Shown one piece after another: positions 10,640 through 19,468 of a DNA stretch of 64,000 nucleotides; position 1 is the stretch's first letter, and every line of letters starts with the position of its first letter. Origin of the DNA: Leptospiraceae bacterium (lineage in GTDB: Bacteria; Spirochaetota; Leptospiria; Leptospirales; Leptonemataceae); contig JAVJNR010000004.1 of NCBI GenBank assembly GCA_040217195.1, forward strand, positions 288,001 to 352,000, in the 5' to 3' direction. Under the pieces are notes generated by a model that was given only the letters and a program-made list of their open reading frames with translations, searched no databases and had not been told where the DNA came from. The translations under genes and the position numbers were made by a program.

Positions 10640-11341
10640 ATGGACCATTCCAACGAAGAACTGCGTAGAATTGCTAGAATTACAGGTTTTTTCTATCTGC
10701 TAATCATAGTTTGCGGTATGTTCGCAGAGGGGGCCGTCCGGGCTGAAATAATCACTTCAGGTAGCCCATCGGAAACTGCTAGAGCAATCATTACAAAGCA
10801 GGGTCTGTTTCGCCTGGGAATTCTGGCTGACCTGGTGATGATAGTTTGCGATGTACTGGTGGCTCTGGGATTCTACGCTTTACTAAAATCAGTTAGCCCT
10901 ACTCTGTCTCTACTGGCCGCCTTCTTTCGACTGACTCAGGCAGCCATTCTGGGATTGAACCTAATTTTTCTCTGGCTTGCATTGACGACACTTACCGGAA
11001 ACGGCCTTTCCGAAAGCTTTCTATCTGGCTCTTCAGACCTGGCCTATCTGTTTATGCAGGCCCATGCCACCGGATATAAACTGGCTCTGGTCCTATTCGC
11101 CGGTAGCCTGATCGTTCAATCCTGGCTTTTCTATCGATCCAGGCTATTTCCTTCCTGGATTGCTGTGTTGATTCTTATTGCAGCTTTTGGTTATTTAACG
11201 GATACAGTAGCTACTATCGCATTGAGCGACTATGCAGCGAAAGCGGATCTCTTTGAAATGATTGTAATCGTTTCCGCTCTGGCCGGGGAAATACCACTTT
11301 GCCTCTGGCTACTGATCAAAGGAGTGCGAACCGCAAGCTGA
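10640..11341 (+). CDS. DUF4386-family multi-pass membrane protein
   Basis: ARITGFFYL N-terminus, FRLGILADL, YRSRLFP, GE..LCLWLLIKG C-terminus; AGGGGA SD. Confidence 0.8.
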   Translation: MDHSNEELRRIARITGFFYLLIIVCGMFAEGAVRAEIITSGSPSETARAIITKQGLFRLGILADLVMIVCDVLVALGFYALLKSVSPTLSLLAAFFRLTQAAILGLNLIFLWLALTTLTGNGLSESFLSGSSDLAYLFMQAHATGYKLALVLFAGSLIVQSWLFYRSRLFPSWIAVLILIAAFGYLTDTVATIALSDYAAKADLFEMIVIVSALAGEIPLCLWLLIKGVRTAS

Positions 11342-11379
11342 GATTAGTCAGACATTTTGCATTACGAATGGTTTCTTAT

Positions 11380-11787
11380 TCAGGGATCAGTTTCCGAATC
11401 CAGGACGATTACCTCTTCATTGCATTCGGGAAGGGCTTGCTTACCCCGTCCATTTTCATTGCGCAGAATCAACACTCCAGCCGATGCATCATAGTTGGCG
11501 GAAGCAACATCACCGAAATAGATCCAGTTCTCCGTGGGCTCTGCCTTTCCCCTATACTCCGTATTTCCACTTCTCAAGCGATACATTATGCCTTTGGCCG
11601 ATTCTTCAATTTGCAGGGATATTTCGCACTGGCTATCGTCTCCCTGCTTCCAGTCACCGATATACCGCTGATCCAGAGACACTGGCTGTGGAGCGAGGGG
11701 CGTTTCACGGTCTGACTGAGGCCCTCCGCCGAAAATAGAAGCACAAAAAGCAAGAATACAACCAAAAGGTCCGAAGGCATTCATCAA
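11380..11787 (-). CDS. Hypothetical exported protein (paralogue of 15416-15850)
   Basis: Shares CILAFCASxFGG, G.W, FxGDVxSAxYD and PEC motifs with the ORF at 15416-15850. Confidence 0.7.
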   Translation of the reverse strand: MMNAFGPFGCILAFCASIFGGGPQSDRETPLAPQPVSLDQRYIGDWKQGDDSQCEISLQIEESAKGIMYRLRSGNTEYRGKAEPTENWIYFGDVASANYDASAGVLILRNENGRGKQALPECNEEVIVLDSETDP

Positions 11788-11924
11788 GATACAGGAGGTT
11801 TACGATCAAAGCTCAGTCAAGGATTTATGTTAAAGCGATGAGCTGGTGCCCATTGAAAGAGCTGAAGTTTGGAGATAACAACTTACCGGAGCAATCAGAT
11901 TAGATCGAATAGCACCTGGAGGCT

Positions 11925-13037
11925 TTAGCGGATCAACGACTGAAACGTAGTGAGCTCATCTCTGGCTTCAGCTATGCCTGCCGGGCCTTCAAAGCTGGGC
12001 TCATAGGTAAAGAAATCCGTAGTTCGCATCACGGCAGCATTACCGGAACTATTTTGGCCGGTAATGTAAAAGTAACCATCCGCAAAGGAAAGACTCTGGA
12101 TACTGGGAAGCGCAGTAGTGGGATCTACGCCTGTGGCAGACCAGTTCTGTCCATCTGTAGAAACCACGATCGATGGAGTGCCGCCACAGAATATGGCATA
12201 CATTCCCATACCGAAAGCCGCATGACTACAGCCAGTTCCTCCGGTAATTGCATGGGGATTCCAGGTGAGCCCACCGTCGGTTGAAAGCAGCACACGATTG
12301 TTCGGATTGTCGATCAGTACGGCCGTGTTTTCATTGACTGCCACGCCCCTTACATCGGGCACCGGTGCGGTGGATCCAACAGGATTGAAGGAACCATCGG
12401 TTTGACGACGATAGATGAATGTGCCGGCCGGAAACACTGCATGGAAGGCGCCTGCATAATGGAATATTAGACTCTGTCCCGTGGCAGAAATCGTACTGGC
12501 CGAGTAGTTCTCAGAACTCGATCTCTTGTAGTAAAAAGTAGGTAGAGTAGATACATCCGGAGTGAATCCTGCGTATTCGCCATCCGGAGATATCGCCGTG
12601 TCAGTAAAAGAGCCAATAGAGGGCGGAATAAATGGGGCAAGCCACCCGCTGTCAAGAGCAACGGAATCCACATAATAGGGAGCCCCATTATTACCGGCAG
12701 CAAAGATCGAATTGCTGTCCACAACGTGCACAGTAAGATACCCCACCGCTGGATCGCCCGGAATCACCTCTAAATAATTTGCGCCCCCATCCCTGGAAAC
12801 CCAGATCTGGCCGCCCGAGCCGGCGATGGCGATTACCTTTGTGGGCTGAAATAGAGCGGCCACCAGAGCACTATTGCATGCGCCGTCCGTCTCCAGACAG
12901 CGTAGCTCTGCGATATCACAGGAAGGCAGCAGTGCAAAGAGAACCAGCAGCGAAGAACAAAAAGAAGCAGCACCGGGACGGGTCCGCACCGTACTTTCCT
13001 CACTGAATTTTCCATTCTTAATTCTACGGCCGACCAT
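11925..13037 (-). CDS. BNR/Asp-box repeat beta-propeller lipoprotein
   Basis: Asp boxes VSRDGGANY, LSTDGGLTW, VSTDGQNW, RTTDFFTY; lipobox LLPS-C; likely start GTG 12989 (GAGGA SD). Confidence 0.75.
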   Translation of the reverse strand: MVGRRIKNGKFSEESTVRTRPGAASFCSSLLVLFALLPSCDIAELRCLETDGACNSALVAALFQPTKVIAIAGSGGQIWVSRDGGANYLEVIPGDPAVGYLTVHVVDSNSIFAAGNNGAPYYVDSVALDSGWLAPFIPPSIGSFTDTAISPDGEYAGFTPDVSTLPTFYYKRSSSENYSASTISATGQSLIFHYAGAFHAVFPAGTFIYRRQTDGSFNPVGSTAPVPDVRGVAVNENTAVLIDNPNNRVLLSTDGGLTWNPHAITGGTGCSHAAFGMGMYAIFCGGTPSIVVSTDGQNWSATGVDPTTALPSIQSLSFADGYFYITGQNSSGNAAVMRTTDFFTYEPSFEGPAGIAEARDELTTFQSLIR

Positions 13038-13232
13038 CTGCTTTGGATATATTCTGATCTACGTTTGGCCAGCGAAAAAAAGGCCCAGAAAACCATACGC
13101 AATAGCCTGGACAGTTTGGAAATTGAAAGTCTCCGATAAGGTCCGATTCAGCAGGTGACGAATAGTCCGGTCCATGACCTGATTTCGAATCTGGCCGATT
13201 CCGAGCATCGCTGTTAAGAGTGTATCATTCTG

Positions 13233-14279
13233 TCAGTTGCCTGTTGTATCGAATTGTATGATCCGCAAGCCAATGGCGGAGGTCCTGCCGTGTCCGGCAG
13301 CATTACTATTCCAGGGTCCCCACTGCAGGATTGGTCCGAAGTTCGCATATGATCCCCCTCTAACGATTCTAGAAGAGGCGGAGGTCGACGGCCGCTCTTC
13401 GTTCCATTCAAGAACATTTCCACACATATCGTACAAACCGAGTCCGTTTGCAGGTTTTGTTCCTACTGCCTGGGTTGAAGAGCCGCTGTTACCTGAGTAC
13501 CAGCACACTTCAGCCGTGGCAGTAGCGTTGTCTGTATCATCGGAGGCACCGCTTCCATAATTCCATGGATGGTACTCGTTCGCATCCAGAATATCGCCGT
13601 CATTGTTAGAATCTGCAACAAAGGTTGCTGCCAATCCCCAGGTTTTTGCCGGGGGAACTCTAAAGCCATTTGCATCGTTATCCACGTACGGATCCGCGCA
13701 ATTTCCCGGTGTCGCTATAGGACCATCGAGATTCGGGCAATCCCCTGTACGCACGGAACTTCGATGAAGTACAGTTAGACCTGCATCCTGATAGTACACA
13801 GGCTCCAGGTTTGTTCCCATTTCCTGGTTAAAATACTCCGTCAGCGCATTGCACCAGACCATGGAATCCCGCCAGTCTATGGTCGTAACCGGGTGTTGAT
13901 CCGTATCGCCGGAGCCGTCACCCATTGTTCCTGGATGCTCGAATGTATATCCATTGACAATGGCCCAGGAGTACACGGTATTCCAGAATTCGTAGGTAAC
14001 TTCAGTAGAGCCTATCCAGAAAGGATAGGGGACTGTGGATTCGACTGCACCGGTGCCAGAATAAAAAGTATATTGCTCTACATAAGTTACCTTATATTCC
14101 GCCCCTCCAAGAACGATGCTGCGGCTATCCCCGGTCTCGGCCGGCTGCGTAGCGCCCAGATTCGTGCCGGCCAGAGCGCCCAACAACAAAAGGTCTGAAC
14201 TCTCTGCATTTCCGTTCTGGGCGCAAGAAACAGTTATCGATAGTAAGAGCATGAGTCCATACGTTCCGCATATTTTCAT
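13233..14279 (-). CDS. FGE-sulfatase/SUMF1-domain (C-type lectin fold) lipoprotein
   Basis: TEVT, HPVTTIDW.D...WCN, VGTKPANGLGLYDMCGNVLEW, RIVRGGS, IGLR; lipobox ITVS-C. Confidence 0.9.
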   Translation of the reverse strand: MKICGTYGLMLLLSITVSCAQNGNAESSDLLLLGALAGTNLGATQPAETGDSRSIVLGGAEYKVTYVEQYTFYSGTGAVESTVPYPFWIGSTEVTYEFWNTVYSWAIVNGYTFEHPGTMGDGSGDTDQHPVTTIDWRDSMVWCNALTEYFNQEMGTNLEPVYYQDAGLTVLHRSSVRTGDCPNLDGPIATPGNCADPYVDNDANGFRVPPAKTWGLAATFVADSNNDGDILDANEYHPWNYGSGASDDTDNATATAEVCWYSGNSGSSTQAVGTKPANGLGLYDMCGNVLEWNEERPSTSASSRIVRGGSYANFGPILQWGPWNSNAAGHGRTSAIGLRIIQFDTTGN

Positions 14280-14398
14280 AGCCTATTGATCGATTTTCTG
14301 GCTCAAACTGTCCACTATAAAACTCAATATATATAAACTTTATGCACTACCAAACACAAAGTCCCAACATACATATCGCCCCCTGAACCGGGCCTGCT

Positions 14399-15349
14399 CT
14401 ATTGAAACAGCGAAAGTTCCAGGGATTCCGAAAGTAACTGAAGCATGCGCATACCTGCAACACTGTTTCCATGTTCAGCCAGTCGTGGCGAAAAGGCCGC
14501 AATGGACATACTACCAGGCACAATAGCAAGAATCCCTCCGCTCACGCCGCTTTTGCAGGGAATTCCGATTTCAATGGCCACCCGACCGGCATGGTCATAG
14601 GTACCACAGGTAGTCATGAGAGTCACGATGCTTCTACAGCTTTCTTCGTCCAGAATTCGAGCGCCGGTGACCGGATCCTTTCCTCGAAAGGCAAGAAACA
14701 ATCCCAGACGAGCCAGTTGACGGACGTTGACCAGAGTGGAGCAATGCATGAAATAAGACTCTACCGCTGTATCCACATCGTCGATCCAGCCGTACTGTTT
14801 TAGAAAATTGGCCATGGCGCGATTACGATAACCGGTATCCGATTCCGATCTATACGTAGCTTCATCTATCTGAAATGTATGTCCATCACTGACATTCCGC
14901 AGAAAATCCAGAAAAGCCTGGTATTTAGTTTGCGCATCCGGTCCTGGAATCATTGAGCTTACAGCAATGGCCCCAGTGTTGACGAATGGATTTCGCGGCT
15001 TACCCCTCTCGGATTCCAGAGGAAGCATAGAGAAAAACGGATTACCTGTAGGCTCATATCCAACAATATCATAAACAGATTTTCCTCGATGCTCCAGAGC
15101 AAGGGCAAGACTGAATACTTTGCTTACGCTTTGAACGGTAAATTCATGAGTATCATCGCCCGCCGAATATACATGACCCTGCCCATCGCATACAGCCAGA
15201 GCCATCAGATCAGGATTTACAGTGGCCAGTTCTGGAATGTAGGTTGCCACAGATCCAGAAGGTTGGTCGGATCTAGCGATGCGAAATGCATTCTGGACCT
15301 CGAATTCAAGATTCGGATTTGTTGGCTCCACTTTGTTCATGAAACCCAC
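14399..15349 (-). CDS. glsA: Glutaminase A
   Basis: VATYIPELA, FTVQSVSK (catalytic Ser), EPTG, NPFVNTGA, KSGVSGG; start may be ATG 15340. Confidence 0.95.
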   Translation of the reverse strand: MGFMNKVEPTNPNLEFEVQNAFRIARSDQPSGSVATYIPELATVNPDLMALAVCDGQGHVYSAGDDTHEFTVQSVSKVFSLALALEHRGKSVYDIVGYEPTGNPFFSMLPLESERGKPRNPFVNTGAIAVSSMIPGPDAQTKYQAFLDFLRNVSDGHTFQIDEATYRSESDTGYRNRAMANFLKQYGWIDDVDTAVESYFMHCSTLVNVRQLARLGLFLAFRGKDPVTGARILDEESCRSIVTLMTTCGTYDHAGRVAIEIGIPCKSGVSGGILAIVPGSMSIAAFSPRLAEHGNSVAGMRMLQLLSESLELSLFQ

Positions 15350-15415
15350 GGTTGGTAGTCAAAAGCCTGCGTCAAGGCATGATTCTATGAAGAAAGGATG
15401 TGCTGAAGAGGATCA

Positions 15416-15850
15416 TTATTCTTTCTTCAAAGGAATGAGCCTTTCTGGAAGGCATTCAGGAAATGGTACCGGTCGCTCGTCCCGGGGCTCATTATTCAGT
15501 ATTATTGCTTTCGATTCCGAGTCATAAAGGGCTGAAGTCACATCACCCAGGAAAATAGAAGGATAGGACAGATTGGCCAGCCCGCCGTAGTCGGCTTCAC
15601 TACTTTTGAGATCAAACTCCAGGTACCCATCGTGGCCTATCTGAAACGATAAATGAATGGAACAATCCTCTCTTGCTTCATTTGTCCAGGTCCCTTCCAA
15701 TACCTGCTCCATGGAATGCGGCGGCGGTGCGTATTCCATTCCCTCATCGGCCGGCGCTCCACCAAAGAGCGATGCACAGAATGCAAGAATGCAGGCAAAT
15801 GAACTGGTAGGCTTTATTTCATCCATGGTTGTTAGGAGCTCTGTGCTCAC
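15416..15850 (-). CDS. Hypothetical exported protein (paralogue of 11380-11787)
   Basis: Same motifs as the paralogue; start may be ATG 15826. Confidence 0.7.
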   Translation of the reverse strand: MSTELLTTMDEIKPTSSFACILAFCASLFGGAPADEGMEYAPPPHSMEQVLEGTWTNEAREDCSIHLSFQIGHDGYLEFDLKSSEADYGGLANLSYPSIFLGDVTSALYDSESKAIILNNEPRDERPVPFPECLPERLIPLKKE

Positions 15851-16013
15851 AGACAGGTCAAGCCGGACCTACTGTTCCGGGTACAGGCGTGCATTTCTTG
15901 GATTTCAGCCTCTTTTTTCTGGCTTCAGGCTGCTATTTTTGGCCAAGGAGCGGATTGAGCTGCACATAGCTATGGCAGATTTCGATCTTTCCGGGCCATA
16001 CGAGAAATCGAAC

Positions 16014-16982
16014 CTACAACCCGGCTCGCACCAGATCGTGAATTCGCAGTAGACCTACCGGATGTTTGTTTTCGTCGATTACAGGCAATACACTGATCTG
16101 CGAAGGCCTATCTTCCATAATACGAAGTGCATCCAGAGCCATGGTATCTCGAGTAATTGAAATTGGATTGGCAGTCATGATCTCTTTTAGATCTCTTTCA
16201 AGAACATTTCCGAATTTAAGGATGGCTCTGCGAAGATCGCCATCGGTAACAATGCCGATTACTTCATTCTTTTGATTTACGATCATTGCCCCGCCCTGGT
16301 TCGGTCGGGTAACAGCTTCCAGAAGTTCCGTCATAGATGCATTCTCGTCACAAACAGGCATGATTTCTGGAGTATCCAGCAAATCTTCTACCTTCAATAG
16401 AAGTCTCTTTCCCAGCTGACCGGCTGGATGATACAATGCAAAGTTCTCCGGCTGGAAGCCGCGTTTTTCCGAAATTGCAGTTGCCAGGGCATCGCCCACA
16501 ACAAGTGAAACTGTAGTAGAAGCAGTGGGAGCCAGGTCTAGAGAATCCGCTTCTCGACTGACGCTTGCGCGAATGATCACAGTGGACATTCTTCCTGCAG
16601 AGGAATCCGGATTACCCAGAAGAGAGATTACAGGATTGCCCATCTTGCGAATCACCTGCAGCATTTGCACCACCTCATCCGATTCGCCGCTTTTTGCCAG
16701 AAGCAACACCACATCATTGGACTGAACTACACCCAGATCGCCATGCAAAGATTCTCCTGGATGAAGAAAGAATGCAGGAGTTCCGGTGGATGAAAAAGTG
16801 GCTGCAAGTTTCTGTGCGATTAGGCCGGATTTGCCCATGCCGGAGCAGACGATCTTTCCCTTGCAGTTCAGAATTAGTTCGCAGGCTGCTTCCACAGAGG
16901 CCGGGTCAATCAGTTCTCCATTGGCCTGAAGTTCACTGATTTGCATGGAATAGCTATTATTAAAAAGTTCAAAAAAACTCAT
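16014..16982 (-). CDS. kdsD: KpsF/GutQ-family arabinose-5-phosphate isomerase (SIS + 2 CBS)
   Basis: GMGKSG, STGTPAFFLHPGESLHGDLG, APTAST, HPAGQLG, CBS GIVTDGDLRR. Confidence 0.93.
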   Translation of the reverse strand: MSFFELFNNSYSMQISELQANGELIDPASVEAACELILNCKGKIVCSGMGKSGLIAQKLAATFSSTGTPAFFLHPGESLHGDLGVVQSNDVVLLLAKSGESDEVVQMLQVIRKMGNPVISLLGNPDSSAGRMSTVIIRASVSREADSLDLAPTASTTVSLVVGDALATAISEKRGFQPENFALYHPAGQLGKRLLLKVEDLLDTPEIMPVCDENASMTELLEAVTRPNQGGAMIVNQKNEVIGIVTDGDLRRAILKFGNVLERDLKEIMTANPISITRDTMALDALRIMEDRPSQISVLPVIDENKHPVGLLRIHDLVRAGL

Positions 16983-17569
16983 AGGTCTTCGAGCTCCAGG
17001 TCCATAGGATCAAATGTTGCCGACATTACATGGCCAATGCTTTTGAGCACAACATACACTGTGTTGCGGCTGTTGACCTTATTTACGATACCGGTTAAGC
17101 CCTTCATGGGACCGGATCTTACGCGAATAGGAGTTCCTTCAATGAAACCCAGGTAAGGATCCACACGAATGGACTCAGCATGATTCACCAGTAAACGAAT
17201 ATTCTCAATCATCTGGGGCATCAAAACCACTGCCTGCCCTTCTGAACGGACCATATGCACTGTGCCGGCTGCCTGGAGTGCACGAACCTTTTCCTTAATG
17301 TAATTGATATGAACGAAAATATAACTCTTGAATATAGGAGTTTCGATTACTTTGGTCCGGTCCGACCACTGGCGCTTTTCAGATATCAAAGGCAGATAGT
17401 TCTCAATGCCCAGCCGATTCAAAGCCAGCCCCAGTTTCTTCTCTGCACGGGCTTTAGTGTACAGAGCAAACCAGTCTTTGATTTCCGGATCGTTGTGCTC
17501 CTGCAGTCGTTCCCGGGCCTGGTCAGGATCCAGATGATCTTGTATTAGTTCCAGATTACTCTGGTGCAT
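16979..17569 (-). CDS. NusG-paralogue transcription antiterminator (UpxY/RfaH-like)
   Basis: NGN domain WFALYTKARAEKK..ENYLP...QWSDRTKVIETPIFKSYIFV; KOW motif IRVRSGPMKGLTG; ATGA overlap with kdsD. Confidence 0.88.
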   Translation of the reverse strand: MHQSNLELIQDHLDPDQARERLQEHNDPEIKDWFALYTKARAEKKLGLALNRLGIENYLPLISEKRQWSDRTKVIETPIFKSYIFVHINYIKEKVRALQAAGTVHMVRSEGQAVVLMPQMIENIRLLVNHAESIRVDPYLGFIEGTPIRVRSGPMKGLTGIVNKVNSRNTVYVVLKSIGHVMSATFDPMDLELEDL

Positions 17570-17713
17570 ACTACCAGGCTACAAATGGCAGGCTCTCGGC
17601 CAAGTCAGAATTGGACTGATTTCCTTTCCGCCAGGGCCTGTCTGATTCCACCCTGTTTGAGCTCTGTTTGGCCCCATGCAAAAGGCGATTTTGGATGGAA
17701 AAGTAGATTTAGT

Positions 17714-18724
17714 TCAATGCACATCTTCCAATCGAACCATTTCACCTGCATGTACCGGCCTAAGCAGCTTGCGGCCCGGCAAATTCTGAAGTTCCTGAGC
17801 CGCGATACCTCCTCCGGGCCTCATGGCCCTGATATCAGCTTCAGATAGCACATGATCAATTCCCAGATTCCTGACGTAATAGAGAGAACGTCGTCCGCCA
17901 TTTCGCACGCCAAGTTCCGAAGGCATGCATTGTTTGACTCCATCTCCCATGGCCTTTTGTAGCCTATCCAGTGACCTTCGCAGAGTGGCAAATTCTTCTG
18001 GCGTAGAACTGAGGGAATGGTCCGGGCCTTCCATGTTTCGATCCAGGGTAAAATGCCTTTCAATGGCCACTCCCCCCAGGGCCGGCATCTGCATACTCAG
18101 GAGGTTATCTGTGCAATGGTCGCTAATACCTGTGAAGCACTTATACTTTTTCTGCCAGTGTGAAAGAACATTCAAATTGTAGTCAGATTCGCTGGCCGGA
18201 TAAGAAGAAACGCATTGAAATAATAGAGCCGGTTTACCGGTCCATTGAATGGTCTGTTCCACCTCGGATTCCTCGGATGCTCCGGTGGATAAATAGATGG
18301 GAAGCCTTCTGCGAATTACAGAATCCAACAATGGCTTACAGGTAAGGTCTGTGGATGCAATTTTAACAGGATATTTGCCCAGGCTTTCGTATAAATCCAG
18401 GGATGGCTCATCGAATACTGAACACAAAAAATCAATTCCGTTGGATTTGCATGCAGATACAATACGTTTCCATGATTCGCCTGGCAGCTCAAACTGTCTA
18501 AAGAAACTCTGCAGCGAGCCAGGCTCAGAATCTCCCAGCCTGGCTGCCCCATTAATAAAATGAGTAGAGTCAAATAGCTGAAATTTAGCACAACTGGCAC
18601 CGGAGGCAGCAGCGGACTTAACCATCTTTAGAGCAAGGTCTTCGCTTCCATTATGATTCAGTCCGATCTCTGCAATCAAATACACCGGATGTTCCGGCCC
18701 AATAGAATGAAACTCAGTTTGCAT
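17714..18724 (-). CDS. N-acetylneuraminate synthase family protein (NeuB/SpsE-like) with C-terminal SAF/AFP domain
   Basis: IAEIGLNHNGS, KFQ, KIAS, CVSSYP, GISDH, IERHFTLDR, GPDH, RRSL, RPGGGI. Confidence 0.92.
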   Translation of the reverse strand: MQTEFHSIGPEHPVYLIAEIGLNHNGSEDLALKMVKSAAASGASCAKFQLFDSTHFINGAARLGDSEPGSLQSFFRQFELPGESWKRIVSACKSNGIDFLCSVFDEPSLDLYESLGKYPVKIASTDLTCKPLLDSVIRRRLPIYLSTGASEESEVEQTIQWTGKPALLFQCVSSYPASESDYNLNVLSHWQKKYKCFTGISDHCTDNLLSMQMPALGGVAIERHFTLDRNMEGPDHSLSSTPEEFATLRRSLDRLQKAMGDGVKQCMPSELGVRNGGRRSLYYVRNLGIDHVLSEADIRAMRPGGGIAAQELQNLPGRKLLRPVHAGEMVRLEDVH

Positions 18725-18868
18725 AATTATTCTTCGGAAGAAAGACCTCTTCTCTTTGCTGTTTCCACCAGGATTGGTCTTCTGCCAGAGATCGAACTAT
18801 GAACGGACGGAGCCAAAAACAGGGCCGATTTCCGAATGTTGCCCCTCGATTCAATGCAAAGATCAATT

Positions 18869-19468
18869 TCAAGGATAGAGAAAATTTGCGATCATCTGCA
18901 TACCGGCTTCGGTAGCAAAGGACTCAGGATGAAATTGAATTCCTTCCATGGGATACGTCACGTGGCGAATTCCCATTAGCTCGGACTCCGCTTCCTGAGT
19001 TCTGGAAGTTACTATGAAGCAATCCGGAAGACTTTCCTGCTCTACAATGAGCGAATGGTATCGCATCACAGATAATTCCTGTGGCAGATTGCGAAATACT
19101 CCCAGTCCGTCTGTGGAGACCAGGGAGGTCTTACCATGCATGGGTAATCTGGCCCTCTTCACTACTCCGCCGTACGCATAGGCCATTCCCTGCATACCCA
19201 GACAAACTCCCAGAACAGGTGTTTTCTGGGCTGGCCCTTTTAGAATATCCAGACAGACTCCAAAGTAAGCAGGATCCGCCGGATCGCCGGGGCCAGGTGA
19301 TAGGATAATCCGATCATAGGCGCCGGATTCTACACCCTTTAGATCTATCTCATCGTTACGAAATACATCCAGCTTGAATTGTCCACTTCGATCTTCCAGC
19401 AGTTCGCCTGCGAACTGATACAAATTATAGGTGAAGCTGTCGTAATTGTCCACAATCAGAACATTCAT
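18869..19468 (-). CDS. trpG: Anthranilate synthase component II (glutamine amidotransferase)
   Basis: DNYDSFTYNL, SPGPG, GVCLG, MRYHSL, QFHPES; ATGA overlap with the upstream component I gene (PabA cannot be excluded). Confidence 0.88.
   Translation of the reverse strand: MNVLIVDNYDSFTYNLYQFAGELLEDRSGQFKLDVFRNDEIDLKGVESGAYDRIILSPGPGDPADPAYFGVCLDILKGPAQKTPVLGVCLGMQGMAYAYGGVVKRARLPMHGKTSLVSTDGLGVFRNLPQELSVMRYHSLIVEQESLPDCFIVTSRTQEAESELMGIRHVTYPMEGIQFHPESFATEAGMQMIANFLYP

Noticed and set aside
13233..13400. Diversity-generating retroelement in cis
   Set aside because: I saw no second copy of the 3' region and no reverse transcriptase in the window
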